A stretch of 64,000 nt of DNA, taken from Sarea resinae (taxonomy: Eukaryota). Below are positions 51,826 through 63,111 of this stretch, piece by piece. Each line of letters begins with the position of its first letter. Position 1 is the stretch's first letter. The notes beneath the pieces are model-generated. The model worked only from the letters and a program-made list of their open reading frames with translations. It was not told the DNA's origin and did no database searches. Both the position numbers and the translations under genes were made by a program. The stretch spans positions 186,001 through 250,000 of the forward strand of contig JAPEUD010000011.1 of the NCBI GenBank assembly GCA_026026165.1, in the 5' to 3' direction.

Positions 51826-53259
51826 ATGTCTTCGGGCGAGCCTGTCCCCGACAAGCCGCATAGCTCTCCGCGAGACAGCAAGGGATGGGACGGCAAGTTG
51901 CGTGTCGATCGTCGGCCGGTCATCACGAACCCTGAAGCTTTGTCCGATCCCGAATATTCCGACCCTGAAGCTCCCCCGGTCGAGCAAATCGAGGCCGATG
52001 AGGGTGCGTGCATGAGCCGCGAATGCGTGCAATGGCATTTGCGAAACGGGGCTGATCTTTGTGACTACAGACCTTCTAGAAGACTACGAACCAGACACTG
52101 ACGTAAGAACTCCTTTGGTGCGCATTGCTGCAGTCGTCTTGCTGACAGTATCTCGACGATCAGGAGATCGATCTCGTCCACTGTCGAGTGTCCTCTATCC
52201 CCGCCCTCCACTTAGAGCGCTTCCCCAAAGTCGAAGTCAGTCCGCCTCGTTCGCATTCCGTCAACGACGATCTCCTTCCCCACTAACAAGCCGTGAATTG
52301 CCATAGAAACTATGTCTTCGCCAGAACCAGATCTCAAACATATCGTTCCCATCCAATATCGCCGCTGCCGTCCAAGATCTCGATCTCTATGACAATCTCA
52401 TCTCGCACATCAAGGGTCTAGATGAGCTGACCCGCCTTACCAGCCTCGATCTGAGCTTTAACAAGATCAAGCACATCAAGAACGTCAACCATCTCAAGGA
52501 GCTGAAAGACATATACTTTGTGCAGAACAAAATCCAGAAGATTGAGAATCTTGATGGATTGGAGAAGCTCAGAAATCTGGAGCTTGCGGCGAACCGAATT
52601 CGGGTATGCCGTCCACCGTTCATGCCCGGGAATCGGACTGCTGATTCATCCAAAGGAAATCGAGAATCTCGACTCGCTCAAGGCACTCGAAGAGCTCTGG
52701 CTTGGAAAAAACAAGATCACAGAATTAAAGGTATCTCCGTTCTCTTTCTGTTCTTACTTGACCTCCACTGATACCACCACCACAGAATCTAGCACCTCTC
52801 CAGTCCCTCAAGATCCTCTCCATCCAGTCGAACCGTCTTCCCGCCATCACGAATCTCTCGTCCCTCGTCAGCCTCGAGGAACTCTACATCTCCCACAACG
52901 CGCTCACCGAAATATCCGGGCTTGACGAAAACGCCAATCTCCGTGTCATCGATATATCCAACAACCGCATCTCGCATCTCGAAGGAGTCGGGCATTTGAA
53001 GAAATTGGAGGAGCTCTGGGCGAGCAACAATCTGCTGGCATCGATCGAGGAGGTGGAGAAGGAGTTAAAGGATAAGGAGGAGCTGGACACTGTGTATTTC
53101 GAAGGAAACCCGCTGCAGACGAATGCGCCTGTCATGTACCGAAATAAGATTCGTTTGGCGCTGCCGCAGGTGAAGCAGATTGACGCGAGTAAGTCTTTTC
53201 CTCTGACCTCTCGCCTACATTGTTGCTTACCGTCTTGTCTAGCTTTTGTGCATCTCTAA
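51826..53259 (+). CDS. SDS22: PP1 regulatory subunit Sds22 (LRR protein), 6 introns
   Basis: IEADE|DLL, EIDLVHCRV, LDLYDNLISHIKGL, LDLSFNKIKHI, LELAANRIR, LEELWLGKNKI, LEELWASNN, VYFEGNPLQ..YRNKIRLALPQVKQIDA. Confidence 0.93.
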
Positions 53260-54022
53260 GGGCGAGGCATAGATTGGGACTTTCGGTGGTTAGTTGTACG
53301 GCCACGAGTGAATGAGTGAATGAGAGGGCAGTGTTTCGAGGTGGGGCATCGAGGGCTGATGCCCACGTCCAGCATATACACGGTCAGGCGTTCTGGTTTG
53401 GGTGCATTTTCTCCGAACACATGTAATTCAGTCTCCGCGCATGAATGAGTCCATGAGTCCATATCGAATGAGCTGGAAAGCCAACGTGAAACCAAAGGTA
53501 TATCAAATGCGTGACCATTGACCACTCCATTGACCACCATCCCGAGTACATTGCGTTTTGATCACTGCCCGTTGCAACCAGTTGTCCGCTATCCCGTTGG
53601 GCTCCCTGGACTAGGGGTGGCCTGGCAGATTGGGAGTCCTGCATGCAGAGTCGGTAGGTAGGCAGGTTGGTCGGCCCCAGGGCAGACGACGGCGGACGAC
53701 GGACAACGGACGGCGGACGGCGGATAGCAGCCAACTGCCTCATCAACTACCCTGCATGGGATCGATGCGTCTCTGACATCTCCCTCCTGCATTTAACCGG
53801 CACATTTACCCGGAGGCTCGAGCTTGACGATGGATCGTGGGGTACATGGAAGGGCAAGGCATGAAGCGAGTACCTGATGACCGACCTTACATAGTAGTAC
53901 AGACATACTAAGGTATGTACGAGTACGGGACTAGCGGCGGCGGATAAACCAGCGACGTCAAGTCCACATGCGCGAAGAATCGAAGTGGTCAGTCGTGGAG
54001 GGGACGGACTACGTAGGATGTG

Positions 54023-54058
54023 CCCCTCCACTGTCCCCTCCACTGTCCCCTCCACTGT
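54023..54058. repeat. 12-bp tandem repeat (CCCCTCCACTGT)x3 upstream of xylose reductase
   Basis: Three exact copies read directly. Confidence 0.95.
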
Positions 54059-54265
54059 CCGGTAGGTACTCATAGTAGTCGTCGAACGGCGGGGAGAAGG
54101 ACGGAGAAGGCCAGCATCGTCGAGGAGACCAATTGAAGGAATCCATTAGACCATCTTACACTAATCATCTCTGCCGTCTCCTGCTTCCAGATCTCTTCTC
54201 GTAACGCCACTCCACTCCTCACCTCCTCCAGACCCCGTCCCCACATACCACATTCCACTGCCCAC

Positions 54266-54344
54266 TTTAGCCTCGAGCTGGAGGACGCTGTCGTGAAAGA
54301 GTAACGTTACTTTGAAACGGGCATCAACCTCTCCGGCCTATAAA
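54266..54344 (+). promoter_or_regulatory. Putative xylose reductase promoter: XlnR/Xyr1 consensus GGCTAAA (minus strand, 54266-54272), CreA-type CTGGAG (54278-54283), TATAAA (54339-54344)
   Basis: Exact matches to known consensus sites 105-185 bp upstream of the ATG of a gene class known to be XlnR-activated and CreA-repressed. The motifs are short and could occur by chance. Confidence 0.55.
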
Positions 54345-54448
54345 CCGGGTGCCACGCCCTCTGTTTCTGATCTTCACACTTCTCACACTCCCCCCATTCC
54401 AACACACATTGACTCGCATTCACCTGCTCCCCCATCATCATCATCATC

Positions 54449-55622
54449 ATGACTTCCCCAACCGTCAAGCTCAACAGCGGCCACCAGATGCCCCTGGTCG
54501 GCTTCGGCTTGTGGAAGGTCAATAACGACACTTGTGCCGACACGGTCTACAATGCCATCAAGACGGGTTACCGTCTCTTCGACGGCGCCTGCGGTATGCA
54601 TTGATCTTTTTTCTGCCACCCGAGCCATCCGCTAATTTTCCTCTGAAAGACTACGGCAACGAGAAGGAAGCTGGCCAGGGCGTCGCCCGCGCCATCAAGG
54701 AGGGCCTCGTCAAGCGTAGCGACCTTTTTATCGTGAGCAAGCTGTGGAACTCTTTCCACGACCACGACCGCGTGGGCCCGATCGCCAAGAAACAGCTGGA
54801 AGACTGGGGTCTCGACTACTTCGACCTGTACATCGTGCACTTCCCCATCGGGCTCGAGTACGTGGACCCGTCGGTGCGATACCCGCCCGGCTGGCAGGCT
54901 GCCGACGGCAAGACGGTCAAGCCGTCGAAAGCCACCATCCAGGAAACGTGGACGGCCATGGAGAAGCTGGTCGACGCCGGCCTGGCCAAGAGCATCGGCG
55001 TGTCCAACATGGCCGCCGTCCTGCTGCTCGACGTGCTCCGCTACGCCCGCGTCCGGCCCGCGACCCTGCAGATCGAACACCACCCGTACCTGACGCAGGA
55101 GTCCCTGGTCAACTTTGCCCAGTCGGAGGGAATCGCCGTGACGGCCTACTCGTCGTTTGGCCCGCAGTCGTTTATCGAGCTGGACATGCAGAGCGCCAAG
55201 GACACGCCGCTGCTGCTGCAGCATGACTCGATCACGTCGATTGCCAAGAAGCACTCCGTGACGCCGGCGCAGGTGCTGTTGAGGTGGGCGACGCAGCGTG
55301 GCGTGGCTGTCATCCCCAAGAGCAACCACCAAGGCCGCCTGCAGCAGAACCTCGAAGTCACCGGTTTCGACCTGACCGCCGAGGAGCTGAAGAGCATCAG
55401 TGCCTTGAACAAGAACCTGAGATTTAACGATCCGCCTGCTGTAAGTTTCTTGATCTCAATCCTGTCTTTTCCTCCGTTTCCTCCGTTTGCTCATATTTTC
55501 CTTTTCCTCCTATTCATGCCCTTCCCTCCTATCTACCCCCTTTCCTTGAGCCTCTGCAACTCCCAAAACAACGCTAACCCACACCGCAACAGTACGGCGT
55601 CCCGATCCCAATCTTTGGCTAG
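54449..55622 (+). CDS. XYL1: NAD(P)H-dependent D-xylose reductase (AKR2 family), 2 introns
   Basis: [108 protein letters not shown]; strong GC3 bias. Confidence 0.95.
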
Positions 55623-55751
55623 AGAATAAGAGACCAGAGACTCTACTTTCTTTCCATCTATGCCATTTTCTAGATAGCTCTCGATGACGATCCATGAAAT
55701 ATCAAAAATGTAAAACAATTCAATAAAGATAAAACACTCCACTGTCCCGAC

Positions 55752-55756
<5 letters not shown>

Positions 55757-55828
<72 letters not shown>
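55757..55828. repeat. (CT)36 microsatellite
   Basis: Read directly. Confidence 0.97.
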
Positions 55829-55832
<4 letters not shown>

Positions 55833-57059
55833 CCCTCCTGGCGGTGACGCGCATCCCAGTGCAGATCTAGAGAATCAAGACTCTCAGATCTACCATGAAG
55901 CGTGCAATACCAATCAACGGTATCCATCCATACATCTACACATACATCTACACACACAAAGAGACAGCCAGCCAGCCACCGCAGCAGAAGACCCAGGTCC
56001 TACCTCCCCATTGTTCGTCCTATACAAGCCCTGCGCAATAATTCAGAAAATGGACCTGGCACTACACAGCCAGAACGTCTAGTAAGGGTAAGTAATACAC
56101 CTTGCCCACCCACCCCTTCCTTGACATGACATGACATGACATGAAATGGCATGCAATACAACGCTGTTGTGAACAACGCCCGCCCGCCCTATGATGATCG
56201 CCTTCATATACACACACAATCGGCAGCTAGCCCCCCCATTTTCCATCGGGCGGAACAACAAACGGTCTTGGCTTGGCTTGGGCTTTTTATCACAGAGTCT
56301 GATGGCCATGGCAGGACCCTCGGCGGAATGATTCGAGTGACGGGCCGGAGAATATGAATGTCTATTTGAGAGCGTTGAAGCCAATACCTACCTACCTACC
56401 TACCTACCTACATACCTAGCTAGCAACGATACAGACCCATGTGATGGATATCCCGCTCTCGTGTCCCACGGGCCCGGAATCGTCTGGACGGATATATGGG
56501 ATTCGCCCATTGCCTGTCTCAAGTGGGAGCGAGTGAGTGAGTATCACGGATGCTCGAAGAAACGGGAGAGGAGAGGAGGGTGAGAGAGAGGCAGTGGATA
56601 CGGCTCAATGGCCATCTGGTAACATCTTTGAAGACCCCTTTTGATCGTCCTAGGGAGGGAGGGCAAGGCTCTTCTGCTCCGCGGAGTGGTTTGGTGCCTT
56701 TGCTTTGCTGGCGAGGGAGGGATGGAGATGGCTCTTCTAAACGCATTCACGCGGATGCGGCGTGCTGAGAGCTTCCTTCACCTATCAAACATGCCTAAAG
56801 CAGCAGAGGCCAGGCAGACCAGGCAGGTCAGACGCCGTGCAGGGCCGTGAATGATGGATTCACAGAACAGAGCAGAGCAGAGGCGAGGCGACAGACATCA
56901 CGGTCTATAAAAACATCCGTCCGCTGGGCACCTCTCGCGCACATTCTCGCACATTCTCGCACCTCGATCTCGCACCTCGCACCTCGACGTCTGCATCCAG
57001 CTAGATCTCGACCACGAATTTCTCACTCAGACACACCTACTGTCCATCCATCCATCATA

Positions 57060-58149
57060 ATGACGCTCATCATCCCGACCACCGTCTCCGACCTTCCTCA
57101 TCCTCCTCTTCTCCTCATCATCAACCTCCTACTCGTTCTCCTGGTCATCCGCTGCTATTACAAGATGTCTCAACTGCGCGAGAAAGCGGGCTGCGTGCGT
57201 TGCGGCGAGGTCATCTTTGGCGACCGCGACGTCCAACAGTGTGCCATCTGCCTTGCGGAAACCCCGCCGTTCTGGGTAAGTTGTTTTTGGGTCTTTTGTC
57301 TTTACTCACGGTGGTCATCTGCCTTTGTAGTGTCCTCTCTTTGACCAGTTTTCTTTGTCTGTTCTCATCTCGCTCACTGGGGCCTCTCTGTTGATTGCCC
57401 CTAATCTCTTCTCTTCTCATCTCACCTCACCTCACCTCCATCCCAATGCATCCCAAACCACTAACATCCGCCCTCTCGTCCCCACAGACCGAGCTCTGCG
57501 ACGGGCCCGGCATTTCCCAAGAGACCAAAGACCAAGCCTCCAAGGATGACGTGTACAAGCACTTTGTGGACCGCTTCACCGGCAAGATGGACCACCGGTT
57601 TCCCCTCCACAACAGCGACAGCGCCAGCGTCAACAGCGGCAAAGCCAAGTCCACCACCACCAACAACGCCGACGCCAACGCCGATGTCAAAGCCAGAGCA
57701 ATGTCTGCCCCAATCGCCGCCGCCGCCGCCGCTGCCGCTGTAGTTGAACCGGCCCCGACGGCCCTGCAGATGCGCATAGCGGACACCCTCGACAAGATCC
57801 TCGTGGAACTCAAGACTTTGAATGAGACGACGAAGCGCGATGAGGTGTGTATTCAGCCATAGCCTTCTTCTTCTTCTTCCTCCTCTTCTTCTTCCTCCTC
57901 CTCCTCCTCCTACTTCTCACCCACCCCAACCCCATACCACAAAACCACAATCACAAAGACTAACCCACCCCCTCTCTCTCTGCCCCCATCTAGGAACAAG
58001 GCCAGCTCCCCAGCGACAGAGCCACCGACATGAACATGTCCATGACCAGTGAAACCTACGCGCGTCTGGCCGACGACGAGGACGTGTCTGACGCCGTGTC
58101 CGACAAGGCCCACGACGACAACCAGGTCGACGAGAAGGCCTTGCTCTAG
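57060..58149 (+). CDS. Orphan ~242-aa protein: N-terminal hydrophobic helix, CxxC-x12-CxxC, acidic tail; exons 57060-57275, 57488-57844, 57994-58149
   Basis: TATAAAA at 56906; two phase-0 introns (GTAAGT..CTAAC..CAG; GTGTGT..TTAAC..TAG) give a continuous frame with strong GC3 bias. Alternative start at MSQL (~57165). Confidence 0.7.
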
Positions 58150-58764
58150 CCTAGTCTCCTGCAAGTGGGCGAGCGACTGAGTGGACGAGTGAGTTAGTGA
58201 GCGTGCCGACTTAGCAAGCAAGCATGGACGGATATATGAGTCCATTCGATTGTTCAATCGTTCGTTGACCCGTCCATCCATCCATCCATCCATCCATCCC
58301 TTTCCCAGCCGAAACAGCAGCACGTCCTGCAAGACAGATAGATAGAAAGAAAATCACCAAGAAACAAGAAACAAGAACCAAGAACCAAGAAAAAACAAAG
58401 CTCATCTCAACCCACCCACCGGCCCCAACTATCCAGTTGTCTTTTTTTTTTCTCTAATTTCTTAGGGGGAGAAACATCACACCGAAGCATTCCGTGATAC
58501 ACATGCATGCGTGCGTTGCGTGCGTAACCCCGTGAGTCGTAGAAAGCTACCGAGAAGACCAAGGACCAGGACCTCCATACCCACAGTAGAAAGTAGACCT
58601 AACCAAGCCAAGATAACACGACAAGACAAGACACAACAAGACACGACACAAAGCCCGCGAGTCGGAAACGGGCAATAATCATCACCATCACCATCATCAT
58701 CATCATAGCGACTGCCATTCCCACCTCCATCAATCCCGCCCACTCCCACTCCTCCAAAACCTTT

Positions 58765-58791
58765 ACCACCACCACCACCACCACCACCACC

Positions 58792-58823
<32 letters not shown>

Positions 58824-58824
58824 C
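58765..58824. repeat. Compound (ACC)n(GCC)n trinucleotide repeat
   Basis: Read directly. Confidence 0.92.
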
Positions 58825-59813
58825 GTTGCTGTTGCTGTGGCCGTGGCCGATACCATCGCAGCCCTACGCATGACCGTCCAGGGCCTGATGGACGCGGAAG
58901 ACTTTTGTCAAAAAAGGGGGTGCTAGGTGCCAGGTGCTAGGTGCCAACCAAGCGCCAAAACAAAACGTTTTAGAGAGTTTAGTTGATCGGATATGAGCAC
59001 CCCCCACCCCCACCTACCGCCAACCCGACTACCCATCGCCAAAGACGCCCTCCCTGTAGAGGACCTGGTGTAGAGGGTCCTAGGTATGTAGGTATGTAGA
59101 TATGTTGGCAGGAGAGGGAGGAGGAGGAGGAGGGGTGGTATAGGGGAGGGGGAGAAGATAAAGATGTTCACGCTCGAGAGACTGGAGGTACTGCTACTGC
59201 TGCTGCTGCTGCTGCTGCTGCTGGGCACGGCACGTACGTACATAGGGGCGGGGATAGAAAGGGGGTGGAGGGGGTCATGCAAAATAGGTAGACTGGATAC
59301 AGGGACTTCTTGGACCCGTTGGGCTCCTGGACGAACAGTCATGGGCGGGAGAGATGCATGCCTGGAAGTGAAAGGAGTCAGGGGAAGTATAGTGGTAAGT
59401 TCGGCTGCCACGGACCACGATTCTCGGCTTGGGATACGTGTTGATGTGTTGATGAGGGGGGCGGGGTTTGGCCCTAGTGGCTTCTTGATCGTTGCTAGGC
59501 TGGAAATGCTGCCGCTGATGGGAAAGACGAAGATATCTGACTGAGCTTCACGCCGCTGCTGTAAATTATATTCCCATAGAGTGAATGGGATGTCCGTGAG
59601 TGGGAAACCAGCATAAGCGAGGATCGAATTCATAGCGGTTGGGTGTCCGGTGGTGAGTAGGAATGGGCAGGAATGGGCAGTGAATATTGAGTCGTAGACT
59701 ATAAATGTTCACCGCCATCGGACAGTTCTTCTCGTCCGTTTTCCACCTCGGCCGTCTTCTTCACTTCATCTCCACAAAGACTCAGAAACAATCAGTCCAT
59801 CCACTTGCACACC

Positions 59814-60416
59814 ATGTCCAGATCAAACCCACCCGACGCGCTAGGAGTAGACTTCTGCACCCGGTGTGCGATGCACGTGGCCAGGCATCCGTCGTTAGTC
59901 CTCTGGGAGACATGTCGCGACGGAGACGGACCCTGTAAAGGATGTCGAATCATGAATGTTCGCTGCACCAAGGTGAGTCCATCCTATTCGTATCAGACGG
60001 ATCTTTCTGGCCGCTTGTTCCGATTGGGAAACATGCTGAATTGAGTTCAGATCCCTAACAGGCTCCACGAAGCCTTCAACGACCTCTGCTTCTGTGCTGC
60101 TCTACTCGTCGACGGCGAGCAGATCGCACATCTGAAAGAGTGGTTGGAAGGCCTTCAGGCGGCTTTCAATCGCTCGTTGAAGAAGTATCTGCAGCAGGAT
60201 GGAGCTGCGATGCCGGACAGGAGGATTGCAGATCCAGTTGACAGAGTGCTTTGCGGGCCGAAGATTGGCAATTCCGGAAAGATATACAAGGTCCGTATCT
60301 TGTGTATTCTCGATATCGTGGCTCTCGCTGATTTGGTACACTAGACTTTCCTGACCAGCAGCAATGGCGAGGATGGTGATGACGACGGTCTCTTTCCAAG
60401 TGATGATGGGGGTTGA
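59814..60416 (+). CDS. Small ~156-aa protein with atypical Zn2Cys6-like six-cysteine motif; exons 59814-59972, 60051-60290, 60345-60416
   Basis: TATAAA 59700, caccATG context, MSRSNPPDALGVDFCTRC-x15-C-x6-CKGC-x6-CTK|IPNRLHEAFN..; both introns phase 0 with GT..CTGA..AG. The last exon is less certain. Confidence 0.68.
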
Positions 60417-60655
60417 GATGGTATTTCGAGAGCTTCGTCGGATTGGGAGATGGAGTACGCCGTGCTGACGAGTCAGAATCAGGGTCGTTGACATGGATAG
60501 TAGCCACTGTGGAGGGTGAGATAGGTGGCAGACGGAGACAGACAATAGAGGTCTCATCGTGCCGTGCCGTTCATATGACTGATCCTGTGCTGACGTCCTC
60601 GCTGTTACTACAGCACCAATTCTCATTTGTACTCATCCACTTTCTTCCCCATATA

Positions 60656-62148
60656 TCATCGATGCACAATCCACACATCGCCGTAGCCCTTTAGCTTCCC
60701 CAACAGCTCCTTTTCACTGAGATGCAATTCTGTACATATCTCATCGAATGAGTGCCGGCCGTCAAGATATCGAGCAAGAGGCAAATCTGCGGATCCCAGC
60801 TCGGCTGTAGCGTCGGGAGCCCCTACTCTACCACCAGCCATAATAGCACCACCCGGATCGATTCCATCCCCAACACCACCACCTGCAGTAATTCCAGGCC
60901 CAACGGCGGCGGCGGCGGCGGTGGTCGCGAAACCTGCTATTGGATACTTGTGCACTCGATATAGGAACCCCTTGATGACGCCAAAGGTAATGAACCTTCT
61001 GACGTCGACTCCCGTCAACCCATCCTTGTGCTCAATGCACCAGTTCTTTAGAGTCTGTCCTTGCTTCAGACTCGTGTACAGTCCCACAATCCGCATCCTC
61101 TGCTCAGCGCCGGCATCCATATCACTCTCATCCTCGGCGGTCATCATGGACGGAGAAGTGCTAACGTAACGTGCGCATTCAGCCTGCATGGTTGTGTCAT
61201 GAACCAAGGTCGATATGGATGCCGTCGGCGCGTAGATGGCGCTGAATTGGAATATGTCAAGGAGTAGAAGACATCCGTAGTAGAGAAGGTGTGAAATTGC
61301 GCGGCGGGTGAGATGAGGGTCGGTATCCGCGAGCGATGCGATATGGGAGATGGAATTTATGCCATTGATGTGGGGGATGATCTAGTCGAGTATATTAGCC
61401 TAGCTAGTGTAGAAAAGAAAAAGACAGACCTTTGACATTGTCAGGTCCCAATTCTCATCCATGACCGACTGGAGACGGACAGTAGACAGAGGAACGTGCC
61501 ATGCCCTAACAGACGGGGGCGGTGGATAGGTCGGAAAGAGCTTGATGTTCAGGGTATTCGAGTCATCTGTACGAGATTAGTACTGCACATTGATATAGAC
61601 AGAGCATATCACCTATAGGAATCATGCACTCGCAATAGTTGTTCAGATCCTCCAAGATCATCTCGCACAGCGCATACACCTTGCCCTTCCCTGTCGCATC
61701 AGCCCCATTTCTTGACAAAAACTCCCCCTGCTCTTCCAAACTCCGGAATAGCTTTGCCAGCTTTCTGACCACGGACTGGTAGCTTGTCATGTCCGCATCT
61801 TCTTCGAGAACGATGGCAAAGTTGAAAATGAACTCATTCCGGTCGTATTTGCGTGACGTGATGCACACCGGGTAGCCTAGGATCCGATAGCGGTTGATGC
61901 AGACGGTTACGAGCCGGTCGCAGAATTCCTGGCGCGGGATCACGTATTCCGAAACACTGGAGAAATTGAAGAGGGGCGCTTGGAGAGTCGAGTCTGCAGC
62001 GGGCACGATGGAGCCTTCGGGCACCTGGTGGATGACCTTGGGGCCTGATTGCGAGGCGTGAGTTTTGTTGTGGCATATGGGAGCTCGAACCGTGGGACCA
62101 CTGACCTTCCTTGGTGAGGAACTTGCTAAAGAAGATGGATTTGATCAT
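60656..62148 (-). CDS. NPR2: Nitrogen permease regulator 2 (SEACIT/GATOR1 subunit NPRL2), 3 introns
   Basis: MIKSIFFSKFLTKEG|PKVIHQVPEG, SEYVIPRQEFCDR, KYDRNEFIFNF, LEDLNNYCECMIPI, WDLTMSK|IIPHINGINS, DVRRFITFGVIKGFLYRVHKYP, LDGRHSFDEICTEL. Confidence 0.95.
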
Positions 62149-63111
62149 TTTTTGTCAATGAAGAAAATCTACGCAGAGTGAAGCTGCTCGATCGAGATCT
62201 TGCAAGCTGTCATGTCAATCGTGGGATTCAGTTCTGGTGATCGGTGATGCGGTGATGTCGCATGCGGCCGCGCATTAACATCGTTGTACTCCGATAGCCT
62301 ATCCAGCTTGATCATGTGACCATGCCAAATTAGGCAATCAGAGCCAGAAGATATCGATCTGCTTCTGCTGCCCTTTTTTCGAGATTATGCAGCATAATTA
62401 CGCATTCAATTGCCCTTTTCTAGCTCTGTCAAGGCTCTGTATTCTAGCTGTTTGGTAGGGTAGATTTATCAATGAGTAGCTATATAACCGAGCATCCAAA
62501 CACCCAAAGATCGACCTGGTCTGTGCACACGATGGCCTGGAGCTGGCGTACGGAGTACTCCTACACCTATTTTGGCCAATTATACACACTCACAACTGCC
62601 ATATGATTCACATTACGAGAGCACTTTATTGATATCGATTGCATTGGTATCGTCCACTAATAGCCGATGTGGATGGTCGCTACGGGGCAAATAAGCCGCT
62701 AGAGATATCTGGTTCGAAGATCCTTGAGGGACTGCAAGAAAGGGGTAGTGACGTGATAGTTTAGATGGACATCTGCACAACTACGTTTGATTCAAGGGAT
62801 TGCAAGATGAGGCTGCATTGAGCTTTATGAAGAGCTTTTTAACTAGTAGGAGACAACGGGAGATACTTGAAGAGACGACTATTGGTAGGAAGCTGATATC
62901 AAGCAACCTAATTTCATCCCAAGCGTGGCCGAAGTCCAAGTGTATCTACCCGTCACACCGGTGAGCCACCTGCGCCACGCCCGAGTAGCGCCTCCAATCC
63001 GTAGCCCTCACACTAGATCTGTGTCCATTTTTCCTTCGTAATTCATTATTCTTGATGATCAAACCCGGCAGTAAGTCCGCAGTGGCAGACGATCGTGAAA
63101 AACTTGAAGCG

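Noticed and set aside
51307..52038. 243-aa minus-strand ORF
   Set aside because: Overlaps SDS22 exon 1 antisense and its promoter; no motif or splice support.
54568..55332. 254-aa minus-strand ORF
   Set aside because: Antisense shadow caused by the strong GC3 bias of xylose reductase.
62080..62101. GGTTCGAGCTCC tRNA T-loop-like string (minus strand)
   Set aside because: Lies in a short NPR2 intron; no cloverleaf or A-box.
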